Virus record (IMG/VR): IMGVR_UViG_3300008113_000003
Coordinates: 1 to 64,000 of that record
Reading direction: 5' to 3' (one strand)
DNA length: 64,000 nucleotides
Shown: one piece after another, positions 30,651-40,221 of the stretch
Position numbering within the stretch: the first letter of the stretch is position 1
Layout of the letters: the number at the start of each line of letters is the position of its first letter
Notes under the pieces: model-generated
Seen by the model: the letters and a program-made list of their open reading frames with translations, nothing else
Told to the model about the DNA's origin: nothing
Databases searched by the model: none
Program-made: the position numbers and the translations under genes

Positions 30651-31196
30651 TTAATAACCAAATGTAAGAACCAAATCTTTATATTTTATCTTATCTGGTT
30701 TTTTTGAAACCATGTCCATGTGGTCAATATCAATGATTTTTTCATCATCAATACGTTTTTCATAATTGGTGGTTTGTCTGGTGAACTTTGAGTATCTTTT
30801 TAAGTTTGTTGCGATAAACTCATCAATCTCGCCACGTTCTTCTGGTGATGTTTCAGTTATTACAATCCTAACAAGATAAAGTTTTTCTTCATTTAAGTAA
30901 TATCTCGGTATCAAAACAAACGACAACCGATTTCTAAATTTTGATAAGAAATTTAATAAATCTTTATCAAAACGATCTTTGGCAAAAATACTTTTGTTCA
31001 AAGCGGACAACACACCCAATTGAGATACCGTAAAAATACGTTTTTCGGCTTGTGGTTGATCCCCATTTAAATCTTGTGCCGTTAAATAATATAGTGATTT
31101 TTTAAATAAAAAATTGTTATTAAATGACAAGTATTCATTTACCATTTTACTAAAAAAGGTTGGTGAAATTATATTAACCTTGATATTTTTTGCCAT
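30651..31196 (-). CDS. hypothetical protein
   Basis: ORF track; loosely similar to 31221-31622. Confidence 0.6.
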   Translation of the reverse strand: MAKNIKVNIISPTFFSKMVNEYLSFNNNFLFKKSLYYLTAQDLNGDQPQAEKRIFTVSQLGVLSALNKSIFAKDRFDKDLLNFLSKFRNRLSFVLIPRYYLNEEKLYLVRIVITETSPEERGEIDEFIATNLKRYSKFTRQTTNYEKRIDDEKIIDIDHMDMVSKKPDKIKYKDLVLTFGY

Positions 31197-31220
31197 TGTT
31201 ACAAAAATAAGAAAAAGATT

Positions 31221-31622
31221 TTAATAATCAAAAATAAATTTTGTGGTATTGTCTTTTTCGCTCTTACCCTTTTTAATAACTTCTTTGATATTAACACCAG
31301 CCTGATTGAATAATTTCATTATCTTTTTCTTAGTGACAATACCCGTTTTATTGCTATCGCAACTATACACAACATACATAGGGGTAAGTTCTTCAGTATT
31401 ATATTGGAAGACGAAGAATAACTTCTTTTTAAACAAAGATAACTCATTAAAAAATGAGTTATCAAGTGATGACATTAAATGATTTTGTTTTTTTGTTAAG
31501 GTTATAAGTATGTGAAAGTTATAAAAATTCATGAGCATTGTTGCATGCTCATACTTTTTAATATCCAAATACCTTATTACATTGTCATCCACCTTTATAA
31601 AGGTGGCGTATATTTGTCCCAT
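31221..31622 (-). CDS. hypothetical protein
   Basis: ORF track. Confidence 0.55.
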   Translation of the reverse strand: MGQIYATFIKVDDNVIRYLDIKKYEHATMLMNFYNFHILITLTKKQNHLMSSLDNSFFNELSLFKKKLFFVFQYNTEELTPMYVVYSCDSNKTGIVTKKKIMKLFNQAGVNIKEVIKKGKSEKDNTTKFIFDY

Positions 31623-31945
31623 TAGAATGAGAATTTGTAGGTCTCCTCAAGATCACTCTTTGTTATGTTACTTAATAACCAAATATGTTCTTCCTTGATT
31701 AAGATTAAAGTTCCAAAACCCTGGGCAAAATTTTTATAATTATTAACGTTAGCCTCGTTGTAATCACCGCTTTTTAATATATCAACAAACACTCTCCCAT
31801 TGATGATATATTCTGGTCTAATCAGAAACCTTTCGTTAACGAAAAATATTTCAGCATTTTCTTTTACGCTTAAATTATTCTTAAGACACCAATTTAAAAA
31901 AGATCTGTTAAGCTCAATATTTATTTTTCTATTCTGATTACTCAT
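31622..31945 (-). CDS. hypothetical protein
   Basis: ORF track. Confidence 0.55.
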   Translation of the reverse strand: MSNQNRKINIELNRSFLNWCLKNNLSVKENAEIFFVNERFLIRPEYIINGRVFVDILKSGDYNEANVNNYKNFAQGFGTLILIKEEHIWLLSNITKSDLEETYKFSF

Positions 31946-32008
31946 ACATATAAGTATCTGCTTTTAATACATTAATATAGAAAAAGGGGGTTCTTTGACT
32001 TTATTTTA

Positions 32009-32398
32009 TTAGTCCGTTAACAAGTCTTTTGACTCATTAGTATTGTTGTTTATTTTAGTTAGCATTTTGTCGAATCTTGAATCAACGTATCGATTCAGTT
32101 CGTCAACATGTCGGTGAGCTTCTTGGTCAACCCTTTCGAGCTCTCTTGATAGGTCGGTAGATCTTTCATGAATTGTTCGATGTACCTCATCAAATTGTTT
32201 GTGAATTTCTCTTCGGATTTCATCTAAATCACGAACAAGGTCATTTCTACCTTCTTGATTATATCTTTCGATATGGTTTATTGTATCTTCTTGGTTTGAT
32301 TGTTTTTTCGTTAATCTAGCAACCATCACAACCCCGATCACAAGTAAAATTGCAACCAAAGCAGTAACAATTCCTAAACTGAAATAAATTGTTTCCAT
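32009..32398 (-). CDS. membrane-anchored coiled-coil protein
   Basis: N-terminal TM, heptads, YVDSRFDK. Confidence 0.65.
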   Translation of the reverse strand: METIYFSLGIVTALVAILLVIGVVMVARLTKKQSNQEDTINHIERYNQEGRNDLVRDLDEIRREIHKQFDEVHRTIHERSTDLSRELERVDQEAHRHVDELNRYVDSRFDKMLTKINNNTNESKDLLTD

Positions 32399-32447
32399 GT
32401 TTAAAAATTTTTTTTAATGTATTATCTCAAAGAACCCCTTTTTCTTG

Positions 32448-32536
32448 CGGAAGGTACTGGATTCGAACCAGTGGATCCCTTTTCGGAGATCAACAGTTTA
32501 GCAAACTGCCGCATTCGGCCTCTCTGCCAACCTTCC
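32448..32536 (-). tRNA. tRNA-Ser(GCT)
   Basis: GGAAGGT acceptor, GCAGT-TTGCTAA-ACTGT, long variable arm; CCA not encoded. Confidence 0.92.
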
Positions 32537-32540
32537 GATG

Positions 32541-32614
32541 TGGTCCCACTTGGGATCGAACCAAGCACCTACTGATTATGAGTCAGTTGCTCTAACCGAA
32601 TGAGCTATAGGACC
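32541..32614 (-). tRNA. tRNA CAT anticodon, probably Ile2 (lysidine type)
   Basis: GGTCCTATAGCTCA...ACTGA-CTCATAA-TCAGT; Ile2 vs elongator Met is inferred. Confidence 0.85.
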
Positions 32615-32619
32615 AAATT

Positions 32620-32704
32620 CGGTGGGGAGTAGTCACGGCCAGCTCTGATCCTTCCTCACCTATCTTATAACCGTGGCAAAATCTGGCTCGACCCTAGTTA
32701 TAAT
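32620..32704 (-). ncRNA. candidate structured RNA between tRNAs
   Basis: Hairpins TATAAC/GTTATA and GGTGAGGA/TCCCCACC; loops carry complementary GCCAG/CTGGC. Confidence 0.45.
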
Positions 32705-32705
32705 G

Positions 32706-32793
32706 TGGCGGAGAGTGAGGGATTCGAACCCCCGTTAGCTTTCACTAAAACAGTTTTCAAGACTGCCGCATTCGACCGCTCTGCCAACTCTCC
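32706..32793 (-). tRNA. tRNA-Ser(TGA)
   Basis: GGAGAGT acceptor, GCAGT-CTTGAAA-ACTGT, CCA encoded. Confidence 0.93.
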
Positions 32794-32827
32794 GTATTCT
32801 TTTATAAATATAAGTAAAAAATTTTAA

Positions 32828-33292
32828 TTAAGCAAGTTTTTCCTTATCTTTTTCAATGGTTTTCTTTGATACAAGCCCTCTACCGTATTTAGTTATACGT
32901 TCTTTGTATCTTTCTTTAACATGTGGGCTAATAGGGATTGGTGTACCATCTTCATCAATCCTAACGAATTTAATGTTTGTGTGTGTAACAATTTCCTGGT
33001 CACCTGTACGAACATTGTGTTTCCTAACTTCGATATATAAAGACACCGATGTATTACCAAACTCAATAACTTTACCATAGATCTTAAGTAATGCGTTAAC
33101 TTTAACGGCTTTCTTAAAGATTAATTCATCAATCTTGATGGTAACAACCATTGGTGTATCACAAATCTGCGCAGCGTATGCGGCTGAAGCGTCATCAATT
33201 AAACTCACTAGTGTACCACCGAACATATTGTCGTGTACACCTATATCACCCTTCTTACAAATGTAGGTAGTTATTAATTCCATCTGTTCCAT
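32828..33292 (-). CDS. acyl-CoA thioesterase (hotdog fold, YciA-like)
   Basis: NMFGG.LVSLIDDA, GNTSV, FVRIDEDG.P. Confidence 0.85.
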   Translation of the reverse strand: MEQMELITTYICKKGDIGVHDNMFGGTLVSLIDDASAAYAAQICDTPMVVTIKIDELIFKKAVKVNALLKIYGKVIEFGNTSVSLYIEVRKHNVRTGDQEIVTHTNIKFVRIDEDGTPIPISPHVKERYKERITKYGRGLVSKKTIEKDKEKLA

Positions 33293-33545
33293 TAAACAAT
33301 TTTAAGTACTTATTCCTAATTTCTAAAGATTTTCTTTTAAGACTGAAGGACTCACTGTCAATTGCCTGAACAATAATTTGTTCTTCTTCTTCAGTTACGT
33401 GTTCTAACATAAAATCAAATTCGTTGTCAGTAAGATTGTAAAATGATAAAAACATATCATCCATTAAATCAAACACACCATGTTGTCCTGGTTGGTTTGA
33501 TTTTAAACACGCTTGCACCTCTGGCCTTAAAACTTTCATATTCAA
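33255..33545 (-). CDS. hypothetical protein
   Basis: ORF track. Confidence 0.55.
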   Translation of the reverse strand: MNMKVLRPEVQACLKSNQPGQHGVFDLMDDMFLSFYNLTDNEFDFMLEHVTEEEEQIIVQAIDSESFSLKRKSLEIRNKYLKLFNGTDGINNYLHL

Positions 33546-33581
33546 AAAATTAGGGCGATATAAAATAATACCGCCCGTTAG

Positions 33582-33964
33582 TGGAGATGAGGGGATTCGA
33601 ACCCCTGTCTTGTCTAGCCATTAATTAACCCTCGTTCACATGCTTATTCAGTTTTGCTAAACTGACAAACTTCACAATTCCCTTATTTTTACGGTTCGGT
33701 TTACTGAGAACTAATCTTCCGCTCGCTGTTACGGTAGCGAATACCGTTTTGCAGTTTTGGGTGACTGTTGTCAGCCAAGCTTTCGCTTAGACTAATTCTA
33801 GATCTGCAAACTCAACAGACTGACCGTTAAACGTGATGTTTCCGTCAGCATCGATAAAGCTCTCGCCATTTAAAACTGTATATAGGTTATTAAAGTGTTT
33901 CCAATACTAACACTGCATGCATCAAATTAAAGAACGTATCTATCAATCAATTCCAGTCATCCCC
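33582..33964 (-). ncRNA. ssrA: tmRNA; tag ORF 33787-33867 encodes (A)GESFIDADGNITFNGQSVEFADLELV
   Basis: 5' GGGGATG pairs with 3' CATCTCC-A with G3:U70; T-arm GGGGTTCGAATCCCC; 383 nt; no anticodon arm. Confidence 0.92.
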
Positions 33965-33970
33965 ATGTTC

Positions 33971-34057
33971 TGGTACCGAGAGCGGGACTCGAACCCGCAC
34001 GGACGTAATGTCCAAGGGATTTTAAGTCCCTCGTGTCTACCATTTCACCACCTCGGC
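33971..34057 (-). tRNA. tRNA-Leu(TAA)
   Basis: AGGGA-CTTAAAA-TCCCT, long variable arm, CCA encoded. Confidence 0.93.
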
Positions 34058-34071
34058 ATTGAAATCTGTTA

Positions 34072-34079
34072 CAAAAGTA
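34072..34079 (-). promoter_or_regulatory. Bacteroidota-type -7 promoter element (TACTTTTG) for tRNA-Leu/tmRNA
   Basis: Matches TAnnTTTG with TTG about 20 nt upstream; same motif recurs before many genes. Confidence 0.7.
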
Positions 34080-34169
34080 AGTGCTAAAAGTTGAATAAAC
34101 AAGCGTTTTAGAAAAAAAACCTAATTTTTTTATTAAAATAGGTTATATTTATGGATAAATACTTCATAA

Positions 34170-34949
34170 ATGAATTTAATCCAGGAAATAAAAAGAATGA
34201 GACAGATTATGTCTGTTATTAATGAAGAAAAAACCAACATTTCAATATCATGCCCAAAATGTGATCATGGTTGGACGATTGATAGTGAGGACAAAGATCC
34301 TTACCTATGCCATACATGTGGTTACGACAAACTTGAGGGTAAGTATGAACTTGAAAAACTCGCTAAATGGAAAAAAGAAAATAATGTCAATGAGAATGAA
34401 GATGAGGATAATGAAGATGGTCAATATAATGATTACACCTTTGACATTAGAACTGACTTAGCTGAACTTAAACAAGAATTGATTAGTGTTGGTGTAAATG
34501 ATAACACCAGATTACATTTAACACATGATAGTGAATTAAAAAAAATAAACACACCACAAAGAGCTTATGGGCCAAAACCAGATGGTCTTTGGTATTGCGT
34601 TGGGTTTGGTTGGTTGGATTTTACAACTCGTGATTTCCAATCATTTTATACAGTTGGTAACCGTGTATATCCGTTTGAGATAAGTTTAGATGGTTTAAAT
34701 GTTCTTAAGATAACTAACTACGAAGAATTAGTTGCATTTGAAAAGGCTTATTCAGCACCACCTCAATTTAAGTTTAGAGACAATTTTGATATTAACTGGT
34801 CTAGAGTCGCTGAAAGTTATGATGGTATTGAAATAGCACCTTACCTATATGAGGCTAGGTATGAACATAGATGGTACCAGGGCTGGGACGTGGCATCTGG
34901 ATGTATCTGGAACACAGCTAATTTAAAATCAAAAAAACTCCTACAATAA
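34170..34949 (+). CDS. Zn-ribbon-containing late protein
   Basis: CPKC...CHTC; KPDGLWY..WDVASGCIW domain; TATTTAT upstream. Confidence 0.65.
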   Translation: MNLIQEIKRMRQIMSVINEEKTNISISCPKCDHGWTIDSEDKDPYLCHTCGYDKLEGKYELEKLAKWKKENNVNENEDEDNEDGQYNDYTFDIRTDLAELKQELISVGVNDNTRLHLTHDSELKKINTPQRAYGPKPDGLWYCVGFGWLDFTTRDFQSFYTVGNRVYPFEISLDGLNVLKITNYEELVAFEKAYSAPPQFKFRDNFDINWSRVAESYDGIEIAPYLYEARYEHRWYQGWDVASGCIWNTANLKSKKLLQ

Positions 34950-35001
34950 AGGTATTTATTAAAAATACAAAGTATTTATAATATAGTAAAATTGTTTAAA
35001 C

Positions 35002-35769
35002 ATGAAAATTAAATTAACCTTAGATCAAATAAAGAATTTAGTTAATGAAGGTAAATTACCTTATAGATTCTTGGAAGACAATAACCCAGAAGACAATGAG
35101 CCAACAGGTGATGAAATGCCTGATGATGGTGAGGGTGAGGGTAATGATGATGAAACACCAAAAGAGCCTGATATGTCACCTGATGATCAAATCAGAAACA
35201 TTAAAGGTGGTAGCATCTTAGATTTCTTGGAAAATATGCCAAAAAGAGGTTCTTTCGGTTATATTTTTTACACAGCACCAGTATCTGTTAATAAATTTTA
35301 TATTAACGACAACGGTGAGAAAGAATTAAACCCAATGGCTGGTAAATTATTTAAAAACACTGTTTTCAAATTCCAATTCGACAAATCTTACAATAGAGCG
35401 GTTGAAATTAAAAACGAGAAGACTGGTGATGATTACGAAGTTGGTGCAAGAAATTCTGGTTACAAAGATGTTGAGGGTTACAACATGCTTTTATCTGGTA
35501 AAAGTGGTTTATATTTCCCAATTGTTTTAGATGATTTTAGAACTGATCAAAATAGTAATTACGCTTTAATGAACGATGCTGGTAATTACGAAGTGGTTTC
35601 AAAAGAAGAGATTCAAAAATATTTAAAACCAGTTTCAGGTACGTCAACATTCGTTGACTACAGATCATTGATTGTTCAAAGAGTTTTCCAAATTAGAGCT
35701 GGGGGTAGAACATTTATAAACTCAGAATTCCCTTACGAATATTTAGGACCGAAGAATTTACAGAAATAA
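35002..35769 (+). CDS. late hypothetical protein with acidic linker
   Basis: TATTTAT upstream; MKIKLT...LVNEG leader. Confidence 0.65.
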   Translation: MKIKLTLDQIKNLVNEGKLPYRFLEDNNPEDNEPTGDEMPDDGEGEGNDDETPKEPDMSPDDQIRNIKGGSILDFLENMPKRGSFGYIFYTAPVSVNKFYINDNGEKELNPMAGKLFKNTVFKFQFDKSYNRAVEIKNEKTGDDYEVGARNSGYKDVEGYNMLLSGKSGLYFPIVLDDFRTDQNSNYALMNDAGNYEVVSKEEIQKYLKPVSGTSTFVDYRSLIVQRVFQIRAGGRTFINSEFPYEYLGPKNLQK

Positions 35770-35795
35770 AAAAAGCCCCGATTAAGGGGCTTTTT
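35766..35795. terminator. bidirectional terminator between convergent genes
   Basis: aaaaaaagcccc-gattaa-ggggcttttt. Confidence 0.8.
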
Positions 35796-35797
35796 CT

Positions 35798-36829
35798 TTA
35801 CTTATTAAATCGTTTAAACGATGCTTCAGTTATTAGATTATACTTGGCACGTCCGATAAACTCACTCAGGTCTTTCGCATCAGTGTAACTCATAGCTGAT
35901 GTTAGATAATGTTTAAAGTTATCAACCCAACCATCTATAGTATATTCAACAGCATGCACCCTTACAACACCTTCGGATGTTTTAACATCTTTCTTACCCC
36001 AACTCGCTTGTACTTCTTTTGTTGACATACCTCTAAATTTCTTGTGGAGTTTACCACCAGCTTTAAAAAATTCCTTCGCTTTTAAATTATATTGGTTAAT
36101 CTTTTCACCATCCTCATCAACTGTCTCACCAGCACTTTCCAGGGCTTTATTAAAGATCGAACCAAGCATTACATAGTCAGCACCTAAAGCCAACGCTTTA
36201 ATCACATCGGAATACTTCTTGAAACCACCGTCTGCTACGATATAAGCCGCTTTTTGTAGCGTACAGGAAACTTTATATGTTTCAACTATCAAAGATGCCA
36301 TTGGGTACCCAACCCCTGTGTGTACGGTTGTTAAACAACCACCACCGTTCCCAATCCCAATTCTAACATAATCGGCACCAGCGTCAGATAACAAAGCGTA
36401 TGTTTCTGGATTAGCAACATTACCAACCATTAAAACCAACGAATCACCGTATTTTTCTTTAGATTTTTTAGTTAATTCGTGTACAGCTGGCATGTGTCCA
36501 TTTGCAACATCCAAAAGAATATAATGTTTTAAATCTTTTGGTTGATTGTTTTTAATAAACACCTCTTCAAATTGATTAAGTCCGTATGAAACCCACTCAC
36601 TAAAACTCGTCTTAGGGTGTAGGTTAGTAACAGCTGTTCTTGGTAAAATTACGTTAATACACTCTTCTTTAAAAAAGTGAGCATTATGTGTGTTAACAAC
36701 AGTATCCATAGGTGCTGTAAATAACGGCAACCCACCTTTGTTATCAAATGGGTATATTTCCGATCTGGAGTTAATTCTTGTTACCGCATTGGGCATCAAT
36801 AGCACATCATCGAAGTCAAATAAAGTCAT
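35798..36829 (-). CDS. GMP reductase/IMP dehydrogenase family
   Basis: DFDDVLL, APMDTV, DVANGH, GIGNGGGCLT, ADGG, FRGMST, SEG. Confidence 0.88.
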   Translation of the reverse strand: MTLFDFDDVLLMPNAVTRINSRSEIYPFDNKGGLPLFTAPMDTVVNTHNAHFFKEECINVILPRTAVTNLHPKTSFSEWVSYGLNQFEEVFIKNNQPKDLKHYILLDVANGHMPAVHELTKKSKEKYGDSLVLMVGNVANPETYALLSDAGADYVRIGIGNGGGCLTTVHTGVGYPMASLIVETYKVSCTLQKAAYIVADGGFKKYSDVIKALALGADYVMLGSIFNKALESAGETVDEDGEKINQYNLKAKEFFKAGGKLHKKFRGMSTKEVQASWGKKDVKTSEGVVRVHAVEYTIDGWVDNFKHYLTSAMSYTDAKDLSEFIGRAKYNLITEASFKRFNK

Positions 36830-36877
36830 ATTTTAATATTTTGGATAAAAGTAGTAAATAAAAACTACAAAACCAAA

Positions 36878-37864
36878 TTATATCTCAACTATTCTAGCCG
36901 AATCTATGTAAAACCTATCATTTGGTTTTCTTAAATCCAATTCCCTAAAAATTGAACCGTTTACAAATATCTTAATATACAAAGCATTTTCATAATTAAC
37001 TTCCAAATTAACCCATAGACATTTGTAGTATGGTGCTATAAATGATTTTGTCTTGTTACCACCGTCTTTACAGTAAATTAGTACATCGATAAGGTTTGGT
37101 TGTGGGTTACTTAAATTATCATGTGTAATGTGTAAAACGCCATCAACCGTATGTATACAATATTTATCAGTTAACCCTAAAGTATAGTTTTGGTTAATTT
37201 TCATTGTTGATTTTACCTCATCACTATTTTCAACCTTTACGTTAACCTTTGACCATAAAATATCATAAACCAACCCTTCTGTTATGGGAAATAATTTAGT
37301 GTGATATCTTCTTTTATATTCGGATAATAAAAAATTTTCATCATATGTAAATTGATTGAATGAGAATTTTTTTACATTAAAACTAATAGGTAATAATAAA
37401 TGTTTATGTTCGTGATCCCTTTCTGGTTTAAAACCAACTAAATCATATTCACCTGCCATAATTGTTTTAGACACATTGTTAAAATAGGTGAAATCGTTTA
37501 TCTCACAATCATACTCTAATAAATGTACAATATCATAGTTAAGCGTCTTTAAATAAGACATCGCCCCAACCAATAATTTATATACTGGTAGTATCGTGAT
37601 AGCCGATTTTAAGTTTATAAATTCAAACTTCTTATTATTTATTCTACTATAAGACCAAAATTGTGCATCGGTATCGTACACCAATTTATTATCTTTATCA
37701 AATATCGTGTAATAACACATATCCTCAATATCTTTAGGTATTTGTGTATGCGAAACAACCATTATTTGTTTACCATGCTTATTAATACTATATACCAATT
37801 GTCTAAGCATTTGTTGTTTCTCAAATGAAGGTGTGTGTGACAATATTAGATAAATCTCTTTCAT
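36878..37864 (-). CDS. hypothetical protein, possible glycosyltransferase-like
   Basis: ILSH..VVSH..HLLEYD pattern; next to sugar genes. Confidence 0.5.
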   Translation of the reverse strand: MKEIYLILSHTPSFEKQQMLRQLVYSINKHGKQIMVVSHTQIPKDIEDMCYYTIFDKDNKLVYDTDAQFWSYSRINNKKFEFINLKSAITILPVYKLLVGAMSYLKTLNYDIVHLLEYDCEINDFTYFNNVSKTIMAGEYDLVGFKPERDHEHKHLLLPISFNVKKFSFNQFTYDENFLLSEYKRRYHTKLFPITEGLVYDILWSKVNVKVENSDEVKSTMKINQNYTLGLTDKYCIHTVDGVLHITHDNLSNPQPNLIDVLIYCKDGGNKTKSFIAPYYKCLWVNLEVNYENALYIKIFVNGSIFRELDLRKPNDRFYIDSARIVEI

Positions 37865-37865
37865 A

Positions 37866-38807
37866 TTACTTAACCCATTTCATTATAGTCGAACCCCAGG
37901 CCCAACCTGAACCAATCGCTGTAAATACGATGATATCACCTTTATTAATCTGTTTATTCATAATAGCGTCATCCAATGCTATTGGTACTGATGCCCCAGC
38001 TATATTCGCATATTTGTTCATAACAGTTTTAACCTTGTCCATGGGCAAACCAACTTCGTTAGCAACTATTTTTAATATATTAATACTTGGTTGATGTGGT
38101 ATGAGCATATCTACTTCCTCAGCTTTAATATTTGATTTCTCAAGTACGCTTTTTATTGAGGTTGGTAGCACCTTAATCGCTTGTTCCCAAACCTCTTTAC
38201 CCCTCATCACAAATGGTGAATCAAGTGGCATATTAAAACCAGTCATACCTGTATCTTTACCATTAGCACTACTTTCAAATGACATCCACCCTTCTTCATC
38301 ATAACCTAAAACAATCGCACCAGCTCCGTCACCAAAAAATACGGAGTGTTGATTAGTCCAATCTGTATGTTTTGAGTAAGCTTCTGTTGCGATAATTAAA
38401 ACGTTTTTATGTACTTTATGACTTATAAGTGGTATCATAAGGTTAATTGCGTAAACAAAGCCAGAGCAAACAGCGTTTATATCAAAAGCTGGTATATCTC
38501 TATCGATGTTAAATTTATTATGTATAATACATGCTGTTGATGGTGATATTTTCTCTGGGCTAGATGTTGCAACAATAATTAAGTCAATATCATCAATTCC
38601 CATATTAGCTGATTCAAGCGCCTTTAACGCTGCTTTATAACCCATTTCAGATGGGGATTCTTCAGCAACTCTCCTCTCATCAATACCAAGTTTATCTTTA
38701 ATCCAGCTATGCGTTGTGTCAACACTTTTCTCAAGATCATAATTAGTTACAACCTTACTTGGTAAGTGGGAACCAACACCTTTTATACCAACATTATTAT
38801 AAACCAT
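37866..38807 (-). CDS. fabH: 3-oxoacyl-ACP synthase III
   Basis: AFDINAVCSGF, FGDGAGA, PHQPS, NIAGAS catalytic C/H/N. Confidence 0.92.
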   Translation of the reverse strand: MVYNNVGIKGVGSHLPSKVVTNYDLEKSVDTTHSWIKDKLGIDERRVAEESPSEMGYKAALKALESANMGIDDIDLIIVATSSPEKISPSTACIIHNKFNIDRDIPAFDINAVCSGFVYAINLMIPLISHKVHKNVLIIATEAYSKHTDWTNQHSVFFGDGAGAIVLGYDEEGWMSFESSANGKDTGMTGFNMPLDSPFVMRGKEVWEQAIKVLPTSIKSVLEKSNIKAEEVDMLIPHQPSINILKIVANEVGLPMDKVKTVMNKYANIAGASVPIALDDAIMNKQINKGDIIVFTAIGSGWAWGSTIMKWVK

Positions 38808-39339
38808 AATCTAACATTTTATTCTCCCTATTTTTAATTAATTTAAGTGGATTACCACCATATATACCATAAGCAGGTAGGTTTTTACTAACCAAACTTA
38901 AGGCACCAATTGCGGTACCCTCTTCGATCGTTACCCCAGGTAAAACAACGACATTACAACCCAAAACAACATATTTTTTTAAATGTACCGTCTGGTGCCT
39001 TACATTCGTATATTCTTTTGGGACTGTTGGCCCAACCAAGTAATTACCCGAAAAATCATCAGATGACGAATAAATTGAGACTTTACCTGATATCTGTGTG
39101 TGATCTTCACAAACTATTGCCCCAGAACCAATTAAATGCGCATAACATGCGATATGTATATAGTTACCTAATTTAATACCACCTTCACCAGCACTTAAAA
39201 TACAAAAATCATCTATTCTAACATTCGAACCAATCTCAATGTTTTTAGCATTATAAATTGACGCTTTATCTGATATTAAAACGTTTTCACCTAACGATTT
39301 AAAACCCATTTTTTCTAACTCACCTCTACTGTAAAACAT
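38797..39339 (-). CDS. hexapeptide-repeat sugar acyltransferase
   Basis: IGSNVRIDDFC, SSDDFSG, LPGVTIEEG, GGNP. Confidence 0.88.
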   Translation of the reverse strand: MFYSRGELEKMGFKSLGENVLISDKASIYNAKNIEIGSNVRIDDFCILSAGEGGIKLGNYIHIACYAHLIGSGAIVCEDHTQISGKVSIYSSSDDFSGNYLVGPTVPKEYTNVRHQTVHLKKYVVLGCNVVVLPGVTIEEGTAIGALSLVSKNLPAYGIYGGNPLKLIKNRENKMLDYGL

Positions 39340-39340
39340 A

Positions 39341-39994
39341 TTATCTATTCGCTTTTGTATAAACCTCAAATTTTGATAAATCTGGGTAAGGTAATTCTAA
39401 ATCTTCATTATGTTTTGGTTTACCTTGTATATCATAAAATTGCCCCATAAGTAGTAAACCTCTAGTTGCTAACTCTGGCATCATATAGTAATTCCACCCC
39501 AACATATCCAAATTATCATCATGATAAGAACATTCACGTCTACCAGAATATCTGGCACGTTTAAACCAAAGATAAGCTTCGTGACTATCTGTCAAAATAG
39601 CACCACCCTTTGATAATTTGAAGTGTTTGTAAGGCCCTGTAAATGAGATACACATGTGTGTCCCAGTTTTATACATATTGTTTGTAAAACTTAATGCGGA
39701 ATCCCAAACATTACTACCTTTAAGTTCGTAGGCACCTTTGATGGTTTTACCTTCAACAGGTTCAAAATCTACTTTTAAACCATTATGTATGATTTCACAA
39801 GGAACCGATGGATACGTCCTACTAGGTATAGTAATTGTATCAACTTTTATAGATTTTTTTACATTTTTTTCGTAATATAACGCCAAGAATAAAGCGTTAC
39901 TTTGGTTATCAACTGTAACCACATAAGGAGCACCAGTATAATCGGATAGTGCTTTTTCGAAATCTTCAGTTATTTTATAAACACCGTTTGCCAT
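39341..39994 (-). CDS. DegT/DnrJ/StrS sugar aminotransferase (short form)
   Basis: FEKAL, TYPSVP, DSA, SF..YK, KGGAIL, GWNY.M. Confidence 0.82.
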   Translation of the reverse strand: MANGVYKITEDFEKALSDYTGAPYVVTVDNQSNALFLALYYEKNVKKSIKVDTITIPSRTYPSVPCEIIHNGLKVDFEPVEGKTIKGAYELKGSNVWDSALSFTNNMYKTGTHMCISFTGPYKHFKLSKGGAILTDSHEAYLWFKRARYSGRRECSYHDDNLDMLGWNYYMMPELATRGLLLMGQFYDIQGKPKHNEDLELPYPDLSKFEVYTKANR

Positions 39995-40063
39995 ATATTT
40001 TTTTATATAATTATATGAAAATAAACGGAAAAAACAAGTGTTTAGAATAACATATTGGAAAAA

Positions 40064-40140
40064 TGGAGCCTGAAGAGGGATTCGAACCCCCGACATCCTC
40101 ATTACAAGTGAGGCGCTCTGGCCAGCTGAGCTATTCAGGC
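40064..40140 (-). tRNA. tRNA-Thr(TGT)
   Basis: CCTCA-CTTGTAA-TGAGG; CCA encoded. Confidence 0.93.
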
Positions 40141-40144
40141 AATT

Positions 40145-40217
40145 TGGTCTGGATCAGAGGCCTTCTGCCAGACGAGACCTCGTAGTTGACTTTCGTCAGA
40201 GCTTACCGAGACACCAT
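40145..40217 (-). ncRNA. candidate structured RNA
   Basis: TGAC-GAAA-GTCA tetraloop, CTCG/CGAG, TCTGG/CCAGA, closing TGGT/ACCA. Confidence 0.45.
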
Positions 40218-40221
40218 TTTT

